This document shows, piece after piece, positions 18,709-25,997 of a stretch of DNA of 32,000 bases. The first letter of the stretch is position 1. Every line of letters starts with the position of its first letter. The position numbers were made by a program, and so were the translations under genes. The stretch is from Sporomusa sphaeroides DSM 2875 (GTDB taxonomy: Bacteria > Bacillota > Negativicutes > Sporomusales > Sporomusaceae). The stretch covers positions 1,504,524-1,536,523 of the forward strand of contig NZ_CP146991.1 of NCBI RefSeq assembly GCF_001941975.2. The letters are read 5' to 3'. The notes under the pieces are model-generated. The model was given only the letters and a program-made list of their open reading frames with translations. It was not told the DNA's origin and searched no databases.

Positions 18709-18976
18709 GTATATAAGCATAGTATTGATGCGTTTCACCCTGAATGTACTAGCCAAGTGCCTGAATGTAACTCTTGCGAATTCTAACGATTCGGTACAGT
18801 TGGCCGGGGCGTAACTCATGGTAACAGTGTAACCGGCAATAGCAGGTGAGTGCAGGGCAGGACGATACTGCGAATTTTACCGCTCCTGTTGTATAGGTTA
18901 CCTATGCAACTAGGGCGGTTTTATGTTATGACCGCTTATTTCTTTTTATAAATCATTTTTGCAGGAGGGGTTTGTC

Positions 18977-20260
18977 GTGGCCGCGATTTGTACTGAACTG
19001 AATCAATTATTGGTTTTCCGCAATTTGCTGGGTGATGATGTGGTGAACGGCTTGCAGGCTTTAGCGGAGGCAGATACAGCAGACGATAATGAGTATGCGC
19101 TGGCTGCTATCCTGATTGAGTGGGCTGAAGCAACAGGTGTGACCGGTAATATTCCGGAGAATTATGTATTAGGACTGATTGGGTGTGACCAAAATATCTT
19201 CAGCAGCACAGCTGAGAAGCTGGCCGTTAAGGCAGAAAGCAGTTTGCAGGAGGCTGTTGTTCATGATATTGCTATTTTGAAAAAACTGCTGGCAGGGATA
19301 AGCACACTATTTTCAGCTGATGTTCGGGCTATCATTGCAGATTATCGGCCGCTTACCGGGGATGCTGCCAGAAAATCGAGAAGTTTCCGGAACCTGGCTG
19401 TGCTCAGAGATTTATTTTTTGAAGTTGAAAATAAATATTCACCGCAGGCACTGGCTGCGGCTCTTGCCAGATATTATCATCATTATGGCTGTGGTAAATT
19501 AGCCGGGTACAGTGCGTTTAAATGGGATAGCCGGGAGCGGGAAATTGTTGGGATTGAACATACTGATCCGGTGCAGTTGTCGGATATTATAGGCTACGAT
19601 TACCAAAAAAACGAGCTTATCCGTAATACAGAGGCTTTTATTCAGGGCCGGCCGGCTAATAATGTGCTGTTGGTAGGCGCCAGGGGGACCGGCAAATCGT
19701 CATCAGTTAAAGCCGTGGCTAACCATTATTTTGAGGAAGGTCTTAGACTGATTGAAATTGCCAAAAGCGATTTTGAATGTATTCCCGAAATTATGTCGGT
19801 ACTGCGCCAGTGGGGTAAAAAATGCATCTTATTTATTGATGATTTGTCTTTTGAAGAATTTGAAGCAGAATACAAAGTGTTAAAATCCCTCATTGACGGT
19901 GGAATGGAAATTCGGCCTGACAATGTCCTGATTTATGCCACTTCCAACCGGCGAAATCTGATAAAGGAAACCTGGGATGACCGCAGTGGCGACGAGCTGC
20001 ATCGCCAGGATACCATTAATGAAAAGATATCGCTGGCAGACCGTTTTGGGATTACGCTGTTTTATCCGTTGCCCAACCAGGAAGAGTACTTTAAAATTGT
20101 TGAAGACATTGCGCTGAGAAACGGTATACGTTTAACAGGCGACGAGCTTAGAACAAAAGCGCTGCGGTGGGAGATGTCACATTCGGGCCGCTCAGGCCGG
20201 CTGGCAAAACAATTTATTGATTATCTGGCAGGCGGCAGTTCTGACCCATATCCAGAATAA
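18977..20260 (+). CDS. DUF815-type AAA+/P-loop ATP-binding protein
   Basis: Walker A GARGTGKSS and Walker B ILFIDDLSF lie in the C-terminal half, with the overall layout of the DUF815 ATPase family. The start was set to GTG 18977 (AGGAGGGG RBS 7 nt upstream) instead of TTG 18959. Confidence 0.75.
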   Translation: MAAICTELNQLLVFRNLLGDDVVNGLQALAEADTADDNEYALAAILIEWAEATGVTGNIPENYVLGLIGCDQNIFSSTAEKLAVKAESSLQEAVVHDIAILKKLLAGISTLFSADVRAIIADYRPLTGDAARKSRSFRNLAVLRDLFFEVENKYSPQALAAALARYYHHYGCGKLAGYSAFKWDSREREIVGIEHTDPVQLSDIIGYDYQKNELIRNTEAFIQGRPANNVLLVGARGTGKSSSVKAVANHYFEEGLRLIEIAKSDFECIPEIMSVLRQWGKKCILFIDDLSFEEFEAEYKVLKSLIDGGMEIRPDNVLIYATSNRRNLIKETWDDRSGDELHRQDTINEKISLADRFGITLFYPLPNQEEYFKIVEDIALRNGIRLTGDELRTKALRWEMSHSGRSGRLAKQFIDYLAGGSSDPYPE

Positions 20261-20292
20261 AAAGTGTTTGCATAAGTATTGGAGGCTTTACC

Positions 20293-21279
20293 ATGAATAT
20301 TTTGGTGACAGGCGGCGCGGGATATATTGGTTCTCATACGGTACGCCTGTTAGAAAAAACAGGCAGCAGAGTGATTGTTTATGATAATCTGGTGACAGGT
20401 CACCAGGCTGCGGTAAAAAACAGCGTACTTATTAAAGGCGATATTTTTGACAGTGAACGCCTGACTGACACCATCAAATGCTACAGCATCAGCTCGGTCG
20501 TTCATTTTGCGGCCTATAGCCTTGTCGGGGTTTCCATGGCCAAGCCGCAGGACTATTATCACAATAATGTTGCCGGAACGCTGAATCTGCTTGATGTTAT
20601 GCTGGAAAATGGCGTTAAAAAACTGGTATTTTCGTCAACAGCTGCCGTATATGGTGAGCCGGAAAAATCCCTGATAACCGAAGAGTCAATTAAAAATCCT
20701 ACCAATGTCTATGGCAGGACCAAGCTTATCATGGAAAACGCCATGGCGGACTATTCACGTGCGTACGGACTTACCTATATTGCCTTGCGTTACTTCAATG
20801 CCTGTGGTGCTGATGCCGCAGGTGACATCGGTGAAGATCATCAACCGGAGACGCACCTGATACCGCTTGTGCTCAAAGCCTGTCAGGGGAAAACTAAGGG
20901 ACTAAGCATTTTTGGCGAGGATTACCCCACCAAAGACGGAACCTGTGTGCGGGACTATATTCATGTAAACGACCTGGGACAGGCCCATGTGCTGGCACTG
21001 GCGGCTTTATACAACGGTCATGGGTCTGATGTGTATAATCTTGGTAATGGCAATGGCTTTACCGTTAGGGAAATAATTGCAGCCGCTGAAGCGGTAACCG
21101 GCCTGACTGTGCCCCAAACGGTAGCCGCCCGGCGTGTCGGTGATCCTGCCGTGCTGGTTGCCGGCGCTGATAAAATCCGGCAGGATTTAGGTTGGCAGCC
21201 CCGGTACACCGATATTAAGCAGATAATTGCCACCGCCTGGCGCTGGCATCAGGCGCATCCCGACGGGTTTGCCGGTTGA
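20293..21279 (+). CDS. galE: UDP-glucose 4-epimerase GalE
   Basis: Rossmann motif GGAGYIGSH, a catalytic YGRTK (YxxxK) and an SST triad region. Length 328 aa. High similarity to remembered GalE sequences. Confidence 0.9.
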   Translation: MNILVTGGAGYIGSHTVRLLEKTGSRVIVYDNLVTGHQAAVKNSVLIKGDIFDSERLTDTIKCYSISSVVHFAAYSLVGVSMAKPQDYYHNNVAGTLNLLDVMLENGVKKLVFSSTAAVYGEPEKSLITEESIKNPTNVYGRTKLIMENAMADYSRAYGLTYIALRYFNACGADAAGDIGEDHQPETHLIPLVLKACQGKTKGLSIFGEDYPTKDGTCVRDYIHVNDLGQAHVLALAALYNGHGSDVYNLGNGNGFTVREIIAAAEAVTGLTVPQTVAARRVGDPAVLVAGADKIRQDLGWQPRYTDIKQIIATAWRWHQAHPDGFAG

Positions 21280-21287
21280 GGGCGTTG

Positions 21288-23774
21288 ATGAATACTTTAC
21301 CCATTGAGGAAATCCTGCCTGAGCTTAAAGCCGTACTTAGCTTGCCGGGAAACGCGGTCCTTGTAGCACCACCCGGCTCAGGCAAGACAACCCGCATTCC
21401 GTTGGCGCTGTTGAATGAGCCATGGCTAAAGGGGCGGCGCATCCTGCTGCTGGAGCCAAGGCGCTTAGCCGCTCGTGCTGCTGCGCGTTATATGGCCCGG
21501 TTGCTGGGAGAGCAACCTGGAGAAACGGTAGGCTACCGGGTTCGGCTGGACAGCTGTATTGGTCCCAAAACACGTATCGAAGTCATTACCGAAGGTATTC
21601 TTACCAGAATGCTGCAAAGCGACCAGGCGTTAGATGGCGTAGGGCTGATACTATTTGATGAATTCCATGAACGGAGTCTGCAGGCCGACCTCGGCTTAGC
21701 GCTGGCGCTGGAAGCGCAGGCAGTACTTAGAGAAGATTTGCGTCTGCTGATTATGTCGGCAACGCTTGCCGCTGAGCCGGTAGCTGCCTTGCTTGGCAAT
21801 GCGCCGGTTCTTAGGAGTAATGGCCGGGTTTTTCCGGTGGAGACTCATTATCTAGAACGGCGAACAGCAAGTCAACTGGAACATATTGTTGCGCAAACGG
21901 TGTTTACCTCGCTTGCTGGAAACAGTGGTGATGTATTGGTGTTTTTGCCGGGAGCCGGAGAGATTCGCCGGGTTCAGGCTGAGTTAAGCGCAAATGGCAT
22001 AACAAAACAGGCGCGAGTTGCACCGCTTTATGGTAATTTGTCGCCAGCCGCTCAGGATGCGGCTCTTTTACCCAGTACGGATGGGATGCGGAAAGTCATA
22101 TTGGCTACCTCGATTGCCGAGACCAGCCTTACGGTGGAGGGGGTAGACACAGTCATTGACAGCGGGTTGATGCGTGTGCCGAAGTATTCGTCCCGTACCG
22201 GGCTGACACGCTTGGAAACGGTAAGGGTTTCCCGTCAGGCAGCCGAGCAGCGGCGTGGCCGTGCGGGACGACTGGGTCCGGGTAGTTGCTACCGGCTTTG
22301 GACCAGACAGGAGGATTTGTATTTAGAATCCAGCAATACGCCGGAAATTTTAGCCGCCGATTTGACACCACTTGCTTTGGAATTGGCTGCCTGGGGAGTG
22401 AATGACCCTCAGCAGCTGTTATGGCTGGATATACCGCCGGCAGCGGCATTTTTGCAGGCGCAGGCACTGCTGGTGAAGCTGGGGGCGTTGGAAACAGGTG
22501 GTAGTATTACTGCCCATGGGCGGTTGATGGTTCAGTCAGGCTTGCACCCGCGCTTGGCCCATATGATCATCAGAGCGAAAGAAGCGGGTTTGGGTAACCT
22601 GGCCTGTGAACTTGCGGCTATTTTACAGGAACGGGATTTTTTGCAAGGCAATGGCAATAGGACTGATGTTGATTTGCGGCTGCGGCTGGAGGCTGTGCGT
22701 GAAGCTGCAAGCGGCAAGTATCCTGAGGAGTCGCTGCGCCGGCGCATTAAGGCCGAAAGTGAAAGGTTAAAACAGGATTTTTCCATTCACCGCAACCGGC
22801 AGGAGACGGTGGAAGCTTGCGGCTTGGTACTGGCTTTTGCCTATCCGGACAGAATTGGACAATTGCGGAGTGGCGGCCGGTTCCTGTTGGAGAATGGGCG
22901 TGGTGCCGGCATGCATGAATTACAGCCCTTGGCGCATAGTCCGTATATCGTAGCCGCCGATCTTGATGGGCAAGGGACCGACAGCCGGATTTTTTTGGCT
23001 GCGCCGATAGATTATGAACAGATAAGGCGCTATTTTAGCCGGCAGATAGCAGCCGGGACCAATGTCGCCTGGGATGCAGCCGCCCAGGCAGTACGGGCAA
23101 AAAGCTATGAGCGGCTTGGTGCCATCCTGTTAAAGGAAAGTCCTTGTGCCAATCCTGACCGGGACGGCGTTATGGCCGCCCTGCTGAGCGGCATTGCCCT
23201 TGAGGGCTTGAGCATCCTGCCCTGGACCAAAGCGGCACAGCAATTGCGTCAACGCTTGTTATTTGCTGGGCAGCAGACGGAAGGCTGGCCTGACGTTTCT
23301 GACGAAAAGCTGCTTGCTACTTTGGAAAACTGGCTTGGACCGTATGTCTACGGTCTAACGAGCCGGGCAGAACTAGCGAAACTCAATGTAGCTGCCATTT
23401 TAGAAAATCTGCTTACCTGGCAGCAGCGTCAGGAGCTTGATGAGTATGCGCCTGCCCATGTGGTTGTGCCCAGCGGCCGGCAGATTGCCATAAATTATAG
23501 CAATCCGCTATGCCCTGTACTGGCGGTAAAACTTCAGGAGCTATTTGGGCTTAAAGAAACTCCGTGTATTGCCGGGGGGAAAGTCGCGTTGACCTTGGAA
23601 CTGCTGTCACCGGCGCAGCGCCCGGTTCAGGTAACCCGGGATTTAGCCAGTTTTTGGTGTACTACATACTTTGAAGTCAAAAAGGATTTAATGGGACGTT
23701 ACCCCAAGCATTATTGGCCGGATGACCCGGCAACGGCAGTTCCAACCCACCGGATCAGGCCAGGAAACTCATGA
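21288..23774 (+). CDS. hrpB: ATP-dependent RNA helicase HrpB (DEAH-box)
   Basis: Helicase motifs PPGSGKTT, DEFHER, SAT, TSIAETSLT and QRRGRAGR are present, plus the HrpB-specific C-terminal domain. ATG 21288 gives MNTLPIEEILPEL, matching the HrpB N-terminus. The track start is TTG 21276. Confidence 0.9.
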   Translation: MNTLPIEEILPELKAVLSLPGNAVLVAPPGSGKTTRIPLALLNEPWLKGRRILLLEPRRLAARAAARYMARLLGEQPGETVGYRVRLDSCIGPKTRIEVITEGILTRMLQSDQALDGVGLILFDEFHERSLQADLGLALALEAQAVLREDLRLLIMSATLAAEPVAALLGNAPVLRSNGRVFPVETHYLERRTASQLEHIVAQTVFTSLAGNSGDVLVFLPGAGEIRRVQAELSANGITKQARVAPLYGNLSPAAQDAALLPSTDGMRKVILATSIAETSLTVEGVDTVIDSGLMRVPKYSSRTGLTRLETVRVSRQAAEQRRGRAGRLGPGSCYRLWTRQEDLYLESSNTPEILAADLTPLALELAAWGVNDPQQLLWLDIPPAAAFLQAQALLVKLGALETGGSITAHGRLMVQSGLHPRLAHMIIRAKEAGLGNLACELAAILQERDFLQGNGNRTDVDLRLRLEAVREAASGKYPEESLRRRIKAESERLKQDFSIHRNRQETVEACGLVLAFAYPDRIGQLRSGGRFLLENGRGAGMHELQPLAHSPYIVAADLDGQGTDSRIFLAAPIDYEQIRRYFSRQIAAGTNVAWDAAAQAVRAKSYERLGAILLKESPCANPDRDGVMAALLSGIALEGLSILPWTKAAQQLRQRLLFAGQQTEGWPDVSDEKLLATLENWLGPYVYGLTSRAELAKLNVAAILENLLTWQQRQELDEYAPAHVVVPSGRQIAINYSNPLCPVLAVKLQELFGLKETPCIAGGKVALTLELLSPAQRPVQVTRDLASFWCTTYFEVKKDLMGRYPKHYWPDDPATAVPTHRIRPGNS

Positions 23775-23818
23775 AATGTTGTCAGAAATATGTCAGCAAG
23801 AAAAGTGATTTGGGATGC

Positions 23819-23847
23819 TTGACATAAATATGGTGGTATGATAGAAT
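23819..23847 (+). promoter_or_regulatory. SigA-type promoter of the tRNA cluster (TTGACA-17 nt-TAGAAT)
   Basis: -35 TTGACA at 23819-23824, a 17-nt spacer and -10 TAGAAT at 23842-23847, ~28 nt upstream of tRNA-His. Confidence 0.6.
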
Positions 23848-23875
23848 AAATTCTGTCGTTAGCGGCACTGGATAT

Positions 23876-23952
23876 GGTGGCTGTGGTGAAGCGGTTAACA
23901 CGCCGGATTGTGGCTCCGGTATTCGAGGGTTCGATCCCCTTCAGTCACCCCA
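23876..23952 (+). tRNA. tRNA-His (GTG)
   Basis: Cloverleaf folded by hand. There is an 8-bp acceptor stem including the His-specific G-1:C73 pair, anticodon stem CCGGA/TCCGG with loop TTGTGGC, T-arm GAGGG-TTCGATC-CCCTT, and an encoded CCA. Confidence 0.9.
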
Positions 23953-23966
23953 ATAATCTTGTTAGT

Positions 23967-24042
23967 AGGGGCGTAGCCAAGTCGGTAAGGCAACGGACTT
24001 TGACTCCGTCATGCGTTGGTTCGAGTCCAGCCGCCCCTGCCA
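23967..24042 (+). tRNA. tRNA-Gln (TTG)
   Basis: Acceptor AGGGGCG/CGCCCCT, anticodon stem ACGGA/TCCGT with loop CTTTGAC, a T-loop GGTTCGAGTCC, and an encoded CCA. Confidence 0.9.
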
Positions 24043-24139
24043 TAAGCAGAGAACCAGGTTTTTAGGAACGATAGTGACACGAAAACCTGTGTGAATCGCT
24101 TAGTTCCGAGCGTTAGTAAGGAACTTATTTAAAGATGTC

Positions 24140-24215
24140 GACCCACTAGCTCAGTCGGTAGAGCACCTGACTTTTAATCAGGGTGTCCCGCGTTCGAGTC
24201 GCGGGTGGGTCACCA
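24140..24215 (+). tRNA. tRNA-Lys (TTT)
   Basis: Acceptor GACCCAC/GTGGGTC, D-arm TAGCTCAGTCGGTAGAGCA, anticodon stem CCTGA/TCAGG with loop CTTTTAA, a T-loop GTTCGAGTC, and an encoded CCA. Confidence 0.9.
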
Positions 24216-24219
24216 TAAT

Positions 24220-24302
24220 GCGGGAGTGGCGGAATTGGCAGACGCACCAGACTTAGGATCTGGCGGGTGACCGTGGGGGTTCAAGTCCCTTCTCCCGCAC
24301 CA
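24220..24302 (+). tRNA. tRNA-Leu (TAG), class II with long variable arm
   Basis: Acceptor GCGGGAG/CTCCCGC, anticodon stem CCAGA/TCTGG with loop CTTAGGA, a long variable arm, a T-loop GGTTCAAGTCC, and an encoded CCA. Confidence 0.9.
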
Positions 24303-24311
24303 AATCAAACA

Positions 24312-24347
24312 AAAAGACTTTCAGGTTTTGACCTGAGAGTCTTTTTG
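24312..24347 (+). terminator. Rho-independent terminator of the tRNA cluster
   Basis: 12-bp stem agactttcaggt / acctgagagtct (one G-U pair) with loop tttg, followed by ttttt. Confidence 0.8.
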
Positions 24348-24381
24348 TATATAGTATATATTAGAAACTATAAATTTTCAG

Positions 24382-24409
24382 CTGACAATTTGCAGTCAAT
24401 GAATATAAT
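24382..24409 (+). promoter_or_regulatory. Candidate SigA-type promoter (CTGACA-16 nt-TATAAT) for the TfoX_C gene
   Basis: -35 CTGACA at 24382-24387, a 16-nt spacer and a perfect -10 TATAAT at 24404-24409. Confidence 0.4.
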
Positions 24410-24498
24410 TTCCGCTTATCAAGACATCCGCGCTTTGGATAATGCAGAAAATCAAATGGGATCATCGAACTAGAACGGAGAAAGGAGGAGAATGGCTT

Positions 24499-24759
24499 AT
24501 GGGGGAGTTAACAAAATTGCCGAATATCGCTGCCAAGTTGGAAGCGCAGCTTGCGGATGTGGGTATTACTACCGAGGAAGAGTTAAGAAACATAGGTAGC
24601 CGTGAAGCATGGCTACGCATCCTTGCCCGTGACCCGTCCGCTTGCATTATGCGGCTTTCAGCGCTGGAGGGTGCAATTCAAGGAATGCGCTGGCATTACC
24701 TTGATGACGAGACGAAAAAGTCGCTTAAGGCGTTTTATCACATGCATAAGGGCAAATAG
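24499..24759 (+). CDS. TfoX/Sxy C-terminal-domain protein (stand-alone TfoX_C)
   Basis: LTKLPNIAAKLEAQLADVGITTEEELRNIGSREAWLRILARDPSACIMRLSALEGAIQGMRW matches the TfoX_C helix-hairpin-helix pattern. ATG 24499 follows AGGAGG. The upstream 19 codons in the track ORF have no RBS. Confidence 0.7.
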   Translation: MGELTKLPNIAAKLEAQLADVGITTEEELRNIGSREAWLRILARDPSACIMRLSALEGAIQGMRWHYLDDETKKSLKAFYHMHKGK

Positions 24760-24949
24760 ATATGTGCATTCCTTGCCGGCCACGATATAGAAGCTATGCT
24801 GGTGATTAAAGTGCCTCCTCTTCAAATAATTTAATTGTTATTGTCCTATGATAATTATTATTCATTCTTATAACATATGTTTCCACAAAAATAAAGATAT
24901 ATATATCCTTCAGGCTGGACAATAATAAGAAGCATGGAGGGGATCAACT

Positions 24950-25531
24950 TTGACCAGTCAGCGAAAAGTCGCTTTGGCATTGACGGGAATATTTCTGGCG
25001 CTTTTCATTGTTATCATTATCGGGGTGCTGGAACAGGGCCGGTATGATTATGCAAAAAATATTGCAATCAAAGCAGCTATATGGGTAATTTATACTTTTT
25101 TAGAAATGAAATATGATGTTCAATTAAGTAATTACATCCGGGTGTTGGTAATGGCAGTGCTTCTCAGTGACAGTTTTGCCGGGCTATATTTAAATTTGTA
25201 TGCCACGTCGGCGATTTTTGATAAAATTCAGCATGTATTTGGAAGCTACGCCTTTGCGTTATTTGTTTACACTCTTATTTGTACGTTAACCCGGCCTGTT
25301 ATAAACCGGGCCTTTAGCTTATTTTTTATTATCTCCCTGGGGCTAAGTATTGGTGCAATCTATGAAATTGGTGAATTCATAGGAGATGCGACTATGCGGC
25401 CGGCAATTCCCAGTCAGCCCAGTCTGCTTGATACCAACCTTGATTTACTGGCAGATTTAGGAGGGGCACTTCTCGCAGCTATTCATATAGCCATTGTTCT
25501 GACATATAATCGTACCCCTCCGGTCAGGTAG
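24950..25531 (+). CDS. Hypothetical polytopic membrane protein (193 aa, about 5-6 TM helices)
   Basis: TTG start 6 nt after GGAGGGG. Hydrophobic helices run throughout. No family was recognised. It is convergent with the peptide/rSAM pair. Confidence 0.6.
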   Translation: MTSQRKVALALTGIFLALFIVIIIGVLEQGRYDYAKNIAIKAAIWVIYTFLEMKYDVQLSNYIRVLVMAVLLSDSFAGLYLNLYATSAIFDKIQHVFGSYAFALFVYTLICTLTRPVINRAFSLFFIISLGLSIGAIYEIGEFIGDATMRPAIPSQPSLLDTNLDLLADLGGALLAAIHIAIVLTYNRTPPVR

Positions 25532-25555
25532 GAATACATATGTATTACATACAGC

Positions 25556-25586
25556 AGAGAAGAGTACCATTACGGTACCCTTCTCT
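25556..25586 (-). terminator. Hairpin between convergent genes, probable terminator of the rSAM-peptide operon
   Basis: 13-position stem agagaagagtacc / ggtacccttctct (one A-C mismatch) with a 5-nt loop, starting 6 nt after the peptide stop codon. The trailing sequence is not strongly U-rich on either strand. A separate 14-bp perfect palindrome aatacatatgtatt lies at 25533-25546. Confidence 0.45.
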
Positions 25587-25592
25587 CTATAC

Positions 25593-25997
25593 TTATAACG
25601 GGTTGCAGGGGCGGTGAGCAGGCCGGCACGGACGCGGGGAACATTGCTGAGGACTGCACTGCCTTGGACTACATTGTTGAGGGCTGCATTGCTGCGGACT
25701 ACATTGCTGTGGTCTGCATTGTTGCGGATTGCACTGTGATGGTCTGCACTGCCTTGGGCTGCATTGCCATGGCCTGCATTGTTGCTGCGGAAAACAAAAA
25801 TGCGGACGGCATTGGCGGGGAGAACAAGGCGCCCAGGAGGGGCGGCAGCCGATTTGCTGATTTGGTCGACAGGGGTTCCAAGCAGGATTGCAGCTTATAC
25901 GTTCAGTATTTTCGTCTTCTTCAAATTCGTCATCCATATCTTCCATTTCCGGGGTTTCCCATTTCGGGTCCATATATTTGTCATCATACATTTTCAT
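25593..25997 (-). CDS. Cys-repeat RiPP precursor candidate (134 aa: acidic leader residues 1-35, C-x-P repeat core residues 36-134)
   Basis: The ATG overlaps the stop of the upstream radical SAM gene (AGATGAAA) and GGAGG lies 5-6 nt upstream. The core has 18 Cys, each followed by x-Pro, with 11 consecutive Cys (C74-C124) spaced exactly 5 residues apart (CSPQQ, CSPRQ, CRPQQ...). Leader coordinates are 25893-25997 and core coordinates 25596-25892. Confidence 0.8.
   Translation of the reverse strand: MKMYDDKYMDPKWETPEMEDMDDEFEEDENTERISCNPAWNPCRPNQQIGCRPSWAPCSPRQCRPHFCFPQQQCRPWQCSPRQCRPSQCNPQQCRPQQCSPQQCSPQQCSPRQCSPQQCSPRPCRPAHRPCNPL
25626..25826 (-). repeat. Imperfect 15-nt (5-codon) tandem repeat inside the precursor CDS
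   Basis: The plus strand reads ggNctgcaNtgNNNN repeatedly (for example ggactgcactgcctt, ggactacattgttga, gggctgcattgctgc). This encodes CxPxQ units from C58 to C124. The units differ at synonymous and non-synonymous sites, so the repeat is not a recent perfect duplication. Confidence 0.85.

Noticed and set aside
24043-24139. The 97-nt spacer between tRNA-Gln and tRNA-Lys was checked for a fifth or degenerate tRNA.
   Set aside because: No acceptor/T-arm pairing or GTTCRANNC T-loop is present. There are only two simple hairpins (caggtttt/aaaacctg and agttcc/ggaact), probably processing-related spacer structure.
23874-24473. Track ORFs 23874-24065 and 24267-24473.
   Set aside because: They run straight through the tRNA-His/Gln and tRNA-Leu genes and the terminator, so they are spurious.
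25626-25826. The regular 15-nt periodic repeat could be mistaken for a CRISPR-like or minisatellite array.
   Set aside because: The period is far too short and there are no spacers. The repeat is in frame within an ORF that has an RBS and translational coupling, and it encodes the CxPxQ units.
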